Positions 10,280 to 20,000 of a stretch of 20,000 bases of DNA are shown here, piece after piece. The notes below the pieces were generated by a model, which saw nothing but the letters and a program-made list of their open reading frames with translations, had not been told where the DNA came from and did not search any database. The translations under genes were made by a program, and so were the position numbers. This DNA comes from Chiloscyllium plagiosum (taxonomy: Eukaryota). The DNA is taken from NCBI RefSeq assembly GCF_004010195.1, contig NC_057719.1, positions 31,504,152 to 31,524,151 of the forward strand. The letters run 5' to 3'. How positions within the stretch are numbered: position 1 is the stretch's first letter; each line of letters opens with the position of its first letter.

Positions 10280-10620
10280 GCCCTTAGCAGATTAATGGTT
10301 TCCACAATCCTTTGAATGAATAATGTTTTGAGATTTTATTTTGAGATGTTCTAACTCTAGTGTTAATATTGTTTGTAATGGTTCTGAATTCTTCTATCAG
10401 AAAATAATTTCTCTGTCTTATCAGATTATTTTATTTTAAAATCCTTAATTATATCACCTTTCAAACTCAACTTAATGCAGTTGTTAAGTCCCTTTATACT
10501 ATTATACTATGAATTGGTGCTCTACCCTTCACCGTCCAACACATTCTTTATAAAATGTGGTATTTAACATTAAGCACATATTCGAGATATTGTTTGATGA
10601 AGTTTTTGGCAGCTGAAGCT
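10280..10620 (-). mobile_element. Very old CR1-like 3' fragment
   Basis: Minus strand reads SLKGDIIKDFKI at about 10435-10470, echoing the CR1 RLRGDLIEVFKI motif. Boundaries uncertain. Confidence 0.35.
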
Positions 10621-11118
10621 TTACTGCACCTTGGGTGAGGCAGGGAAAGATTAATTAAATTATATGAAATGGTGATATTAAATCATTTAAATGTAGGTAT
10701 ATTTATGTTCATAATAGCACATTTAAAGGAAAACTGGAAGTTGGAAATATTTACAGCTGTGATGTACAGAACAATGAGGCTGCACTACATTGCCCTATGT
10801 TACCAGAACTGTTGGTAGTTTGAGGACTTGATGCTGTTGAACGGCACTTCCTTCACAAAGTTAGAAAGACCCTTATGACATCAATTGAGATAGATGCTTT
10901 TTACCTTTCTTTCCATTTGCCATTGGAATGTGACCAATGGAAACTAAAGGAATAGGTCAAAAGACCCCCAATGACCAGACAGTGAAAAAGAATAATTAAA
11001 TTGAATTTGAAACTGTTTAGTATGTACAATTGAAATTCCTGCCTGTGCTGTTTGTAATGAGCAATGGTGATTAGTAGTCATAAATTTTTAATTTTTACCT
11101 AAATGTTCTATGTTACAG

Positions 11119-11184
11119 GTAACTCTAACCTATGAGCACAACTCTCCTGTTTTACCCAACTGGAAAGCCAGGAAAATGCTTAAT
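11119..11184 (+). CDS. FANCM: FANCM internal coding exon (66 nt, phase 0 to 0)
   Basis: Acceptor TTCTATGTTACAG, donor GTATGT. Translates VTLTYEHNSPVLPNWKARKMLN. Position and SP-then-basic pattern match the human segment DQKNSEVDSPLHAVKKRRFPINR (recalled). Sequence similarity is weak but the phase is consistent. Confidence 0.75.
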
Positions 11185-11607
11185 GTATGTAAATAATTTA
11201 ATTCTAGGGGAACATATAGTATATATATCTGTTTAATAGGTTTGAAATGGTACTGGGATTTGAGCTGAAAATGTGTTGCTGGAAAAGCGCAGCAGGTCAG
11301 GCAGCATCCAGGGAACAGGAGAATCGACGTTTCGGGCATAAGTCCTTCTTCAGGAATGAGGAAAGTTTGTCCAGCAGGTTAAGATAAAAGGTAGGGAGGA
11401 GGGACTTGGGGGAGGGGTGTTGGAAATGTGATAGGTGGAAAGAGGTCAAGGTGAGGGTGATAGGTCGGAGTGGGATGGGGGCGGAGAGGTCAGGAAGAAG
11501 ATTGCAGGTTAGGAAGGTGGTGCTGAATTCGATGGATTTGACTGAGACAAGGTGGGGGGAGGGGAAATGAGGAAACTGGTGAAATCCGAGTTCATCCCTT
11601 GTGGTTG

Positions 11608-11836
11608 NNNNNNNNNNNNNNNNNNNNNNNNNNNNNNNNNNNNNNNNNNNNNNNNNNNNNNNNNNNNNNNNNNNNNNNNNNNNNNNNNNNNNNNNNNNNN
11701 NNNNNNNNNNNNNNNNNNNNNNNNNNNNNNNNNNNNNNNNNNNNNNNNNNNNNNNNNNNNNNNNNNNNNNNNNNNNNNNNNNNNNNNNNNNNNNNNNNNN
11801 NNNNNNNNNNNNNNNNNNNNNNNNNNNNNNNNNNNN
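11608..11836. other. Assembly gap (229 N)
   Basis: Run of N at the centre of the inverted repeat. Confidence 1.
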
Positions 11837-11963
11837 CCCCACCCCAATCTGTCCTATCACCCTCACCTTGACCTTTTTCCACCTATCACATTTCCGACGC
11901 CCCTCCCCCAAGTCCCTCCTCCCTACCTTTTATCTTAGCCTGCTGGACAAACTTTCCTCATTC

Positions 11964-11991
11964 CTGAAGAAGGGCTAATGCCCGAAACGTC
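11964..11991 (+). ncRNA. Minimal type I hammerhead ribozyme motif (Penelope-type)
   Basis: CTGAAGA-A-GGGC-TAAT-GCCC-GAAA-CG-TC: intact core, 4-bp stem II, ACGT palindrome, GUC cleavage triplet. The mirror copy on the minus strand at 11326-11353 has one stem II mismatch. Confidence 0.7.
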
Positions 11992-12196
11992 GATTCTCCT
12001 GTTCCCTGGATGCTGCCTGACCTGCTGCGCTTTTCCAGCAACACATTTTCAGCTCTGATCTCCAGCATCTGCAGACCTCACTTTCTCCTACTGGGATTTG
12101 AACCCATTATTCATTATTATAGGGGTTAAAGTCAACTGTGTCACTGAATGTTTTCTAATTATATTTGGGAGTTTGCCTCGATATTTCTTAGAAGTA

Positions 12197-12519
12197 TAGT
12201 AGCACCTCGACATACGAACGACCCCGTTCATGAACAAATCAGTTTATGAACTGGATTATATATAAAATTTTGCTTCAATGTACGTACGAAATTCACGGTA
12301 CGAACGCAAAAAGCCCGTGTGCGACCACGTGGTTTCATTGTTCTGCTTTGCTACATGCTTGTTGAATGCAAAAGCTCTCAGGCCCCGCGTGATCTCATTC
12401 AGTTCGTCTTTGGTGCGTGCGCTGTGAACAGCCGTCCAAGCATTCTTACGCTATCCGAACAATGGGAAAAATTGATTCAGTTCGCGAACGGATTAAGTTC
12501 GTAAGTCGAGGCGCTACTG
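12197..12519. mobile_element. Non-autonomous DNA transposon (MITE), Tc1/mariner-pogo (Tigger-like)
   Basis: About 23-bp terminal inverted repeats TAGTAGCACCTCGACATACGAAC and GTTCGTAAGTCGAGGCGCTACTG, flanked by TA at 12195-12196 and 12520-12521. Internal CGAAC/GTTCG subrepeats. Confidence 0.8.
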
Positions 12520-12986
12520 TATATGAAAAACAGAGTTACGTTTTTTTCTAGAAATTCAGTCTGATGCTAGTGCAATGTAATTTTCCTTTTACTTTAAAAC
12601 TGTTGCCATTATCAATTTGAAAGTCTAGATATGTGATTAAAGTAAGTATATGACAGTAATTTACAACTATTCAAATATAAGAACAACTAATACTCAAAGA
12701 GTTGATGGTTTTTATTACCTGTAGCACTGCGATTCTCTACACATAGCTGTTTGATAAAAGGTTCTGCATGAAGCCATTACTCAATATGTTTCAGATCTAG
12801 AATTATAGCTTTTGAATTGTAGGAATTGCTCCTGGTAGTTTGCAGTGACATTACATTTATTAGTAAAATATTTCCTAATTTCCACTCGTTCGCAGTTGGT
12901 CTTTTGTATATATCATTGAAGTGTCAACTAAACATTTGGATGAAAAAATAATTAAATCTTGATCTTTGGATTGCTTAATTTCTCAG

Positions 12987-13091
12987 TTAGGCTTCACAGA
13001 CAGTGAAGATGATGATTTTAAAGAAACTTCAAGCAAGAATAATAATGGTGCCAAATTGTTTAGAAATATTCATCAATCCCGGAGGCGAGAG
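12987..13091 (+). CDS. FANCM: FANCM internal coding exon (105 nt, phase 0 to 0)
   Basis: Acceptor CTTAATTTCTCAG, donor GTAGGT. Translates LGFTDSEDDDFKETSSKNNNGAKLFRNIHQSRRRE, an acidic-then-basic stretch with no stops that bridges the flanking exons in frame. Confidence 0.8.
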
Positions 13092-13724
13092 GTAGGTACA
13101 GTTTTAGTTGCATATTCAATTACTGCAATATGCAGTATTTGATCTATTTTAGAAGTTGTAGACCACTGATTTGGTATAAGATGTATTATTATCACACAGG
13201 ACCAGTACAAACACCTGATATTTTTAGAACAAATTAAAGATTTTACAAAATTAGTTATTGGATAGTTAAAGAATTTATAATTTTTGAATTTGATAACCTT
13301 TGAATTTGATTTGTGCAATTTAAAAAAAAAAAATGGCTGCCATGGAAATGTTGCCTTGGGCAAATCATGTTGCTTTCAAGTTGCTGTATTCATATAAATG
13401 AATTATCTAACTTCTCTGGCAGAATAATCACAAGATTTGAGTATAAGAGAATGAACATGTTTATTCCAAGGCATTTTTTCCTTTAGCCACTTTTCCCTTC
13501 AGCCACTAATAACTAAACTGTTGATTATAATCTGTTCTGTAGGTTACAAGTAAATAACTTTACCATGTTAAATTTTCTACCCCTAAATGCAAACAAAGTG
13601 GTGAGTGTATTAAAAACAAGATTACTATAGAAGCCATGGTAAAATGGTATGCTTTTGGTTTTCGATTCTCATCTGATTACAGCTAGTCAATGTTCCATGC
13701 TACACTGATTGGTTTTAAAAATTA

Positions 13725-14831
13725 ATCCCTACACTCATCCCTGGAACACCTAGGCAGCATTAGATGCCTGCTAATCGATTGTAGCTCAGCCTTCAACACC
13801 ATTGTCCCCTCCAGACTGACCTCAAAACTCTGAGACCTCTGCCTCAGCTCCACCTTCTGCAACTGGATCCTTAGCTTTCTGACCCACTGACTACAAGCAG
13901 TGAAGATAGACAATTGCACCTGCTCCACAATAGCACTGAACACGAGTCCCCCCAACCCCCATCCAAGGATATGTTCTCAGCCCCCTGCTGTAATCCCTGT
14001 ACACCCATGACTCTGTTGCCAAATTATGAATGAATGCCATCTTCAAATTTGCTGATGACACGACTGTGGTAGGACAGAAATCAAACAACGATGAGTCAGA
14101 ATACAGAAAGGAGATAGAGGGCTTGATGATGGGGTGCATTGAGAATAACCCCTCTCTCAATTTCGGCAAAACTAAAGAACTGAACATTGACTTCTGAAAG
14201 AAGCTCCCAGCTACATTAATGCAGCTGAGGTTGAGAGGGTGGAGACTGTAAAGTGCCTAGGAGTGGCAATAACTGACAATCTATCCTGGACTTTCCACAT
14301 AGATGCGACGGTCAAGAAGGCAGCTCAGGAAATTTAGCATGTCCTCAAGGTCCCTCACCAACTTTTACAGATGCACCATAGAAAGCAAAGTATCTGGATG
14401 CATAACGACCTGATAGGGCAACTACTCTGCCAAAAAACTACAGAAGTTTGTATACACAGCCCAGACCATTACAGAAGCCAACCTTCCACCCATGGACTCC
14501 ATTTACATGCGGAAAGGCTGCCAATATCATCAAAGAGCCATCGTGCCCCAGTATTGCTCTCCTTCAACCTCTTCTGTCAGGCAGAAGATAGAGATGCTTG
14601 AATGCATGGGCCAGCTTCTTCCCTGCTGTTGTTAGACTGATGGATGGACTCTCTAACTTGCTAATGTTGATCTTGCCTAGTGCACGCCCTGTGCGATTTA
14701 ACCTATATGTCTTTGTCCAAGTTTCTTTTTTACCTTATGATCTGTATGTTCTTGCTTAGTATGCCTGGACTGCTCTTAAATAAAGCTTTTCACTGTATTT
14801 AGATACATGTGATAATAAATCAGTCAATCAA
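13725..14831 (+). mobile_element. 5'-truncated Rex1/Babar-like LINE (RT fragment plus 3' UTR)
   Basis: HSSLEHL…CLLIDCSSAFNTIVPSRL…CNWILSFLT, PQGYVLSPLL*SLYTHD and IFKFADDTTVVG are Rex1-type RT motifs. Ends AATAAATCAGTCAATCAA. Confidence 0.85.
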
Positions 14832-15070
14832 CCTGGGCTGATCTATATCCAATCCTTTGTCTGTCCAACTCTTTTTTTTCTTCTTCTTTTTCTGTGAGTT
14901 CTATCTCCATTTATCATTTAGTGTTCACCCTATCTTCTACATAAAAAAAAAATCCTTTTCCTAACTACCATCAGTTCTGAAGAAGGGTCACTGGATTCGA
15001 AACGTTAACTCTGATTTCTCTTCTCAAATGCTGCCAGATCTGAAAATTTCCAGCAATTTCTTTGGTTGAA
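14832..15070 (+). mobile_element. Decayed Penelope-like pLTR fragment (third family)
   Basis: Hammerhead core followed by ATGCTGCCAGATCTG…TTTCCAGCAA, similar to ATGCTGCCTGACCTG…TTTCCAGCAA at 12010-12040. Confidence 0.6.
14973..15010 (+). ncRNA. Minimal hammerhead ribozyme motif (Penelope-type)
   Basis: AGTT-CTGAAGA-A-GGGTC-ACTG-GATTC-GAAA-CG-TT-AACT: 4-bp stem I (AGTT/AACT), stem II with G-U pairs, ACGT palindrome. Confidence 0.65.
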
Positions 15071-15075
15071 TCTGA

Positions 15076-15188
15076 ATTGCTTTCTGAAATGGCCTAGCAA
15101 GCCACTCACCTTAAATGCAATTAGGGACAGGCAGTAATTGCTGGCCTTAGCAGTGATGCCCACTTCCCATGAACTTTGAATTAAATAA
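15076..15188 (+). mobile_element. Short SINE-like 3' fragment joining the 5' body and 3' tail of the 1835-9250 LINE family
   Basis: 15076-15108 matches the reverse complement of about 5449-5481, and 15110-15188 matches the reverse complement of about 1845-1915. Confidence 0.7.
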
Positions 15189-15559
15189 CGAACCAGTTGG
15201 ACAGCCATTGTAACAAAATTGATCAAGGCTTCTTTTTACCAGTGTAAAACCAAGTAGCCTGAATTATGAAGTTGTTATGGGCGAAGTAAGATTGGATCTG
15301 GAAAAATTCAAAGTTGAGAGGAATGATTTATTTTAACCTGGCACTCAAATGATCTTCTATGCATATAATTACTGCAACAACACATTACATTTGTATGGAA
15401 ATTTTAAATAATAAAGTACCTTGAGGCACTAAATTTAACTTTAGCACTTTCTGACATAAGAATTCAATTGTGGAAAACTATTATGAACTTCTGCAGAATG
15501 TTTAGTGTGGCATTTTTTCCAATCTAATTCTTTGTGCAGATTTGCAAGAGTAAGAAAAT

Positions 15560-16135
15560 GACATGTGACACATCCCACATTCTTGATGACCTGAAATCTT
15601 TTGTCTTAACTGCTTTTAAGTGGAGGCAAATGCAGCAACAAATCTGTGCAATGTTCCCATGATGTCCTGTTGATATGTTACTTGATTGTTGACCAAGACA
15701 TGGGGACACAAGGCAGCACAGTGATTAGCATTGCTGCCTCACAGCACTAGGATCCCAGGTTTGATTCATCTCCATCTGTATGGAGCTTTCATGTTCTCTC
15801 CACTGCTGCGTGTGTTTCATCCAGGTGCTCCGGTTTCCTCCCACAGTTCAAAGATGTGCAGGTTAGGTGGATTGGCCATGTTTAAAAAATAATTGCCTGT
15901 AGTATCCAATATGCAGGTTTGATGGTTAGCCATGGTAAAAACCCCAGTGTTGGGGGTAGGGCGTGTCTGGGTGGCATCCTCTTTGTGCACTGTGGGAGTC
16001 CTATGATTCTATGAAAATGTTTGAGTAGACTCATAGGATCTTTTGCATCCATGTGGTCAAGCAGATGGGTCGCGCTTTAACACGTCATCCAAAAAAGTAA
16101 TCCGATGTCCCCACCTAAATTATGTGTTCAAGCCT
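15560..16135 (-). mobile_element. Old Deu-domain SINE remnant (SacSINE1/AmnSINE1-like) split by the V-SINE
   Basis: GGATCTTTTGCATCCA…TTTAACACGTCATCCAAAA…ATTATGTGTTCAAG (16037-16130) and GCAGCAACAAATCTGTGCA (about 15632-15650) resemble the reverse complement of the Deu domain as recalled. Highly diverged. Confidence 0.4.
15711..16013 (+). mobile_element. tRNA-derived V-SINE (HE1-like)
   Basis: Head GGCAGCACAGTGATTAGCATTGCTGCCTCACAGC…GGTTTGATTC, V-domain GGTGCTCCGGTTTCCTCCCACAG…AAAGATGTGCAGGTTAGGTGGATTGGCCATG, tail CTATGATTCTATG. Confidence 0.8.
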
Positions 16136-16352
16136 TTTAAGTAAAGAGATAACATGCGTATGTATATTTGTGTATTAATTTGCATGAGAACAGTTTCATG
16201 GTATCAGTAACGTGACCAAACTATAAAAGGTCGTCTTTTTAATACAGGGCAGCTCAACTTTCTTTTTTCCAAGGCATGTATCTGGAAGGTTAGGTTGGTA
16301 ACGTTTTGCAATTTATACTAGTTAGTTGACTGTTGTCTTGGTTTATTTTTAG

Positions 16353-16506
16353 CATGTTGCTCGACAGTTTCTTGATGAAGAGGCTGAGCTTTCCTTGGAT
16401 GGAGCTGAATATGTGTCCTCCGATGAAGATGACTGTGACAATATCAACGATGATTCTTTGAAAGGTTTCATAAATGATGAATCTCAGCTTTCACAAGTTA
16501 TAAGTG
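16353..16506 (+). CDS. FANCM: FANCM internal coding exon (154 nt, phase 0 to 1), conserved acidic motif
   Basis: Acceptor GTTTATTTTTAG, donor GTAAGA. Translates HVARQFLDEEAELSLDGAEYVSSDEDDCDNINDDSLKGFINDESQLSQVIS, close to human FANCM HVARKFLDDEAELSEEDAEYVSSDEND…FLNDETQLSQAIN (recalled). Confidence 0.93.
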
Positions 16507-16889
16507 GTAAGATTCTGCAATAATTCATAATATTAACTTAAGGCACATTAGTTAGTACTTATAGTTATGTCCATGTTATTTGGAACATTTTTTTTTCCCC
16601 AAGAGTTAGAAAGCTGGCTGCTCACTGATATCCAGTGAATAGCTGAGCTAAATAAACTAGAAAGGTTTGCTATTTGTTTCATGTTAAGTTGAATGATCTC
16701 AGCCAGCATTTACATCAGTGATTAACGTATATATACCAATTTAGGACATGGTCAGATTTAACTTCGGTTGCATTATAGTCAAACAGCATATTGAATGTAC
16801 TGTGTAGGTTTACCAGAATTATAGACAAGTTGTGCAAGTTACTGGAATGTGCCAGGTGCATCTCTTTTGGGGGGAAAATGTCTGTGTAT

Positions 16890-19581
16890 TCTTTTTAATG
16901 TATTTTTATGAAAAAAACATTTTTTTTTCTTTTGAGTATTACAACAAATACAAAACCAAACAATTCAAACTAATATTAAAAAACAAACCTGTTAATTACA
17001 TAAATATCAACTAATAACTAAGCTAAAAAAGAAAAGTCTTAACAATAGTAATAATGATAACCATTACACAGCTCAGCAAAACAAAGCAATAGCCCTCGAT
17101 CATCGAACGCATGAATTTATACACCTTCATATGTTTGTAGTTCCTCCCCTCTGGATACCAGATTCTTTACATAGAATTGCCATAGCTATATAAAGGCTCT
17201 TATTATTATGGTGGACAAATCTGTACCCAGGTAGTTCAGAAAGGGCCACCATGTCTTATAGAAATTCAGTTTTATGGTGCACCATAGTCTGAAGGAGGTC
17301 CAAGGGGATGTGCTCTATGACCAGCTTACGCCAGTCTGCCAGCCCCAGGGGATCTTCTGACACCCACCCTAATTGAGTGTTCTTTCTGGCAAAAAAAAGT
17401 ATACTGAAAAGCCTTATTTTGTGTCTGTCTGATTAAAGTGAATTAACAAAGCCACGAAAAAGAGATACCAGGTCCATCTCCAACTCCGTCCCCAAGACCT
17501 CCTCTATTTCGCCTACCATAGCATTCCAGTATGCTCACAGTCTGTGGCAGGACCAAAGACAATGAGTAAGAGTGCCCAAGCTCACTTTACATTTAGGAGA
17601 CCTTGGAGATGTTCCCGCTTTAAATTTAGCAAGGTGGTCTGGGGCTAGATGGACCTTGTAGAGAATCTTCAATTGCAAGATGTGGGTCCTTTGCAAATCG
17701 AGTCCTTGTTGCATTTTCCCAGATATCCTCCCATATTTCAGAAGAGATCTCAACGTCCAATTCCCTCTCCCATATCTTACAGAGTCGTTCAGTCTCGTCC
17801 AAGGGACCCTCTCCCAATAGATGATAAGCGTTGCTAACAGATAATGTATCCTCAGCACTCAACCCCCTCTTCTCCATGTCGCACCTATAAGAATCAGTTA
17901 GAAGTCTGGTCTCTTTTTGTGTGAAGTTTCTAATTTGAAAGAAACAAAGGAGGTCCATACTGGACAATTCAAATTTCAAGCCAACTGGTCAAAGGATATA
18001 AATGTGTCCCCTTCGAATAAATCACCCAGGTAAGACATGCCCCTAGCTGCCCATAGTTTAAACCCAGAGTCCATTATCCGTGGCTGAAAGCCCAGCATGT
18101 CAAAAATGATGTTTTGGCAATATTGCCCTCACTCTAATGCATTGCCCTCCACGCCTTGACACTATTGGGCTATGGCAATATTCCTTAATTGTTCTCATTT
18201 TGTCTAAGAACAGAAGGCTAATAAGGGGGCATCTTGTCTGAGATGCTTTGATTTCCAACCAAAGTGAGTGAGGGTCCCCCGGCCCATTCGTTCACGTAAG
18301 ATAGCAAGGAGTTTAACAGATTAGTTTTTGATATCTGGGAGGCCCACTCCTCCCAGTCTGTAAGGTAACTGCAATTTAGTCAGTTTAATTAGGGGCCGCT
18401 TACGATCCCAGATAAAAGAACTAAACCAGCCGCTCAGTCTTCTAAATATTTGCTTAGGAAAAAGTAGAGGAAACATTCGCATAGGATACAACAGGCAGGG
18501 CTGAATGTTCATTTTAATGAGGGCCATTTGACCTAACCAAGAAATTGGAAGTACCTCCCATTTACGAAGGTCCTGCTTGATTCTGTTGATTAAATGGGCA
18601 AAATTGGCTTTAAATAGCTGATCAAAAATGGGAGTAATAAGTATACCTAAGTAGAGAAAGCCTTCTTGCGACCATCTGAAGGGGAACCGTGATCCACCCT
18701 CCGGATCAGGCATGGCCATGGGTATGGCTTCTTGCTTCCCAAACTGTTTTTATAACCTGAGAAGATTGACACATTGTCTCAGGTGTGGCACTGAGACTGT
18801 TGGGTTTGTTAAGAAGACGAGAATGTCATCCACATACAGTGCAATCTTGTGTGACTTTGTCCCCACTTCTGGAGTGGTTATTTTGGATTCCCTGCATATT
18901 GCCTTCGCCAGCAGTGCAATCACCAGTGGTGACAAGGGACAGCCCTGTCAACAACCCCTACAAATATTAAAATTGCTTGACCGTACACCATTGGTGAGAA
19001 CCGCGGCAAGAGGTTCACTATACAAAACCTCCACCCACCAGATGAAGGTCTCTCCCAGGCCAAACTGCTTCAAAGTATGAAAAAGATATGGCCACTCAAC
19101 CCTGTCAAATGCCTTTTTCCTATCGAAGGAAATCATCTATCCCTGTACTGATTGCTGTTGACATACTTGGATCATGTTAATTAATCTCCTGACATTATCT
19201 GTTGATCTGCGACCTTTTATGAACTCTATCTGATCCTCCTCAATTGTGGAGGGCAGTACAGCTTCTAGCCTTAATGCCAGAGTCTTGGACAGGATTTTGA
19301 AGTCGACATTCAGGAGTGAAATGGGTCAATAGGAAACACAGTCCTCTGGAGCCTTCCCTTTTTTAAGAACGAGAGAGATGTTCGTCTTTCTTAGAGATGG
19401 GGTAGGAGGCCACGACAATGTGAGTCATTAAACCTACTAATCATTGGCCCTGACAATATTCTTATAAATTCCTTATAGAACTCAGTGGGGAGCCCGTCAG
19501 GACCCATTCTGGAACTGTCTCACAGCTTCCTGCACCTCTTGTTCTGACAATGGGGCCTTGAGAGATTCTTGATGGGAAGGG
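16890..19581 (-). mobile_element. L1-clade LINE ORF2 (RT plus C-terminal CCHC) and 3' UTR, decayed
   Basis: [71 protein letters not shown], ending …IIIRAFI*. T-rich 3' end at about 16890-16933. Confidence 0.9.
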
Positions 19582-20000
19582 TGAGAGCAGTAACAAATTA
19601 AAAATACTATACATGAATGCACGAAGCATTAGACATAAGATGGATGAGCTTGAGGCTCTTCTGGAAATTGGCAGATACGATATTGTGGTGATAACTGAGA
19701 CGTGGCTTCAAGTGGACAGGGTCTGGGAAATGAATATTCAAGGCTACACGTGCTATCTTAAGGACAGATTGACGGGCAGAGGGGGTGGGGTGGCCTTGTT
19801 GGTTAGGGAGGATATTCAGTCCCTTGCGCGGGGAGATCTAGAGTCAGGGGATGTAGAGTCAGTGTGGATAGAGCTACGAAATACTAAGGGTAAAAAGACC
19901 CTCTTGGGAGTCATCTACAGGCCCCCAAACAGTAGTCTGAATGTCGGATGCAAGTTAAATCAGGAGCTGAAATTGGCCTGACGCAAAGATGTCACTACAG
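19582..20000 (+). mobile_element. CR1 LINE ORF2 APE endonuclease start, running off the window end
   Basis: ORF 19613-19981: MNARSI…YDIVVITETWL…GYTCYLKDR…GGGVALLVR…ESVWIELRN…GVIYRPPNS, with a premature TGA at 19979-19981. Confidence 0.9.

Larger units (their letters stand above)
11264..12088. mobile_element. Penelope-like element with long inverted arms spanning an assembly gap
   Basis: TACTGGGATTTGA is duplicated at 11251-11263 and 12089-12101. 11262-11480 is the reverse complement of 11837-12054. A roughly 34-nt tail lies on the right only. Hammerhead core in each arm. Confidence 0.85.

Noticed and set aside
11297..11978. Long ORFs of 90-204 aa in the ORF track
   Set aside because: Artefacts of translating through the N gap inside a Penelope-like repeat.
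11964..15010. Cis heterodimer of the two sense ACGT-type hammerheads excising exon 12987-13091
   Set aside because: A dimer swaps stem I strands, and these (TTC/GAT versus AGTT/AACT) are not cross-compatible. The first core is also likely buried in the long hairpin.
16600..16830. Possible ancient LF-SINE-like remnant (GTTGAATGATCTCAGCCAG)
   Set aside because: Only a short motif resembles the recalled consensus, which is too weak without an HMM search.

Overview
Eukaryotic (vertebrate) genomic DNA, probably from a cartilaginous fish. This is inferred from HE1/V-SINE-like and CR1/HER1-like repeats recalled from memory, not from a search. The window lies inside the FANCM gene on the + strand. 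Four short coding exons (9324-9406, 11119-11184, 12987-13091, 16353-16506) have canonical AG/GT ends and splice in frame to a peptide resembling the acidic region of human FANCM (…SESEDE…, HVARQFLDEEAELS…). The ORF track misses these exons. The introns are mostly decayed, nested retroelements: CR1, a CR1/L2-group LINE, two L1-clade elements, RTE, Rex1, Penelope-like elements with hammerhead ribozyme cores, SINEs, a solo LTR and a Tc1/pogo-type MITE. There is one assembly gap (11608-11836). Three structures stand out. (1) A LINE appears to begin with a tRNA-like Pol III head and has no ORF1, and a separate short repeat joins its 5' body directly to its 3' tail. (2) A TSD-flanked L1 derivative keeps its 5' end, ORF1, the ORF2 C-terminus and the 3' UTR, but carries about 1.4 kb of unrelated DNA in place of ORF2. 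(3) Six minimal hammerhead motifs occur, four of them in inverted-repeat Penelope-like insertions. No database search was possible, so family names and novelty are unverified.
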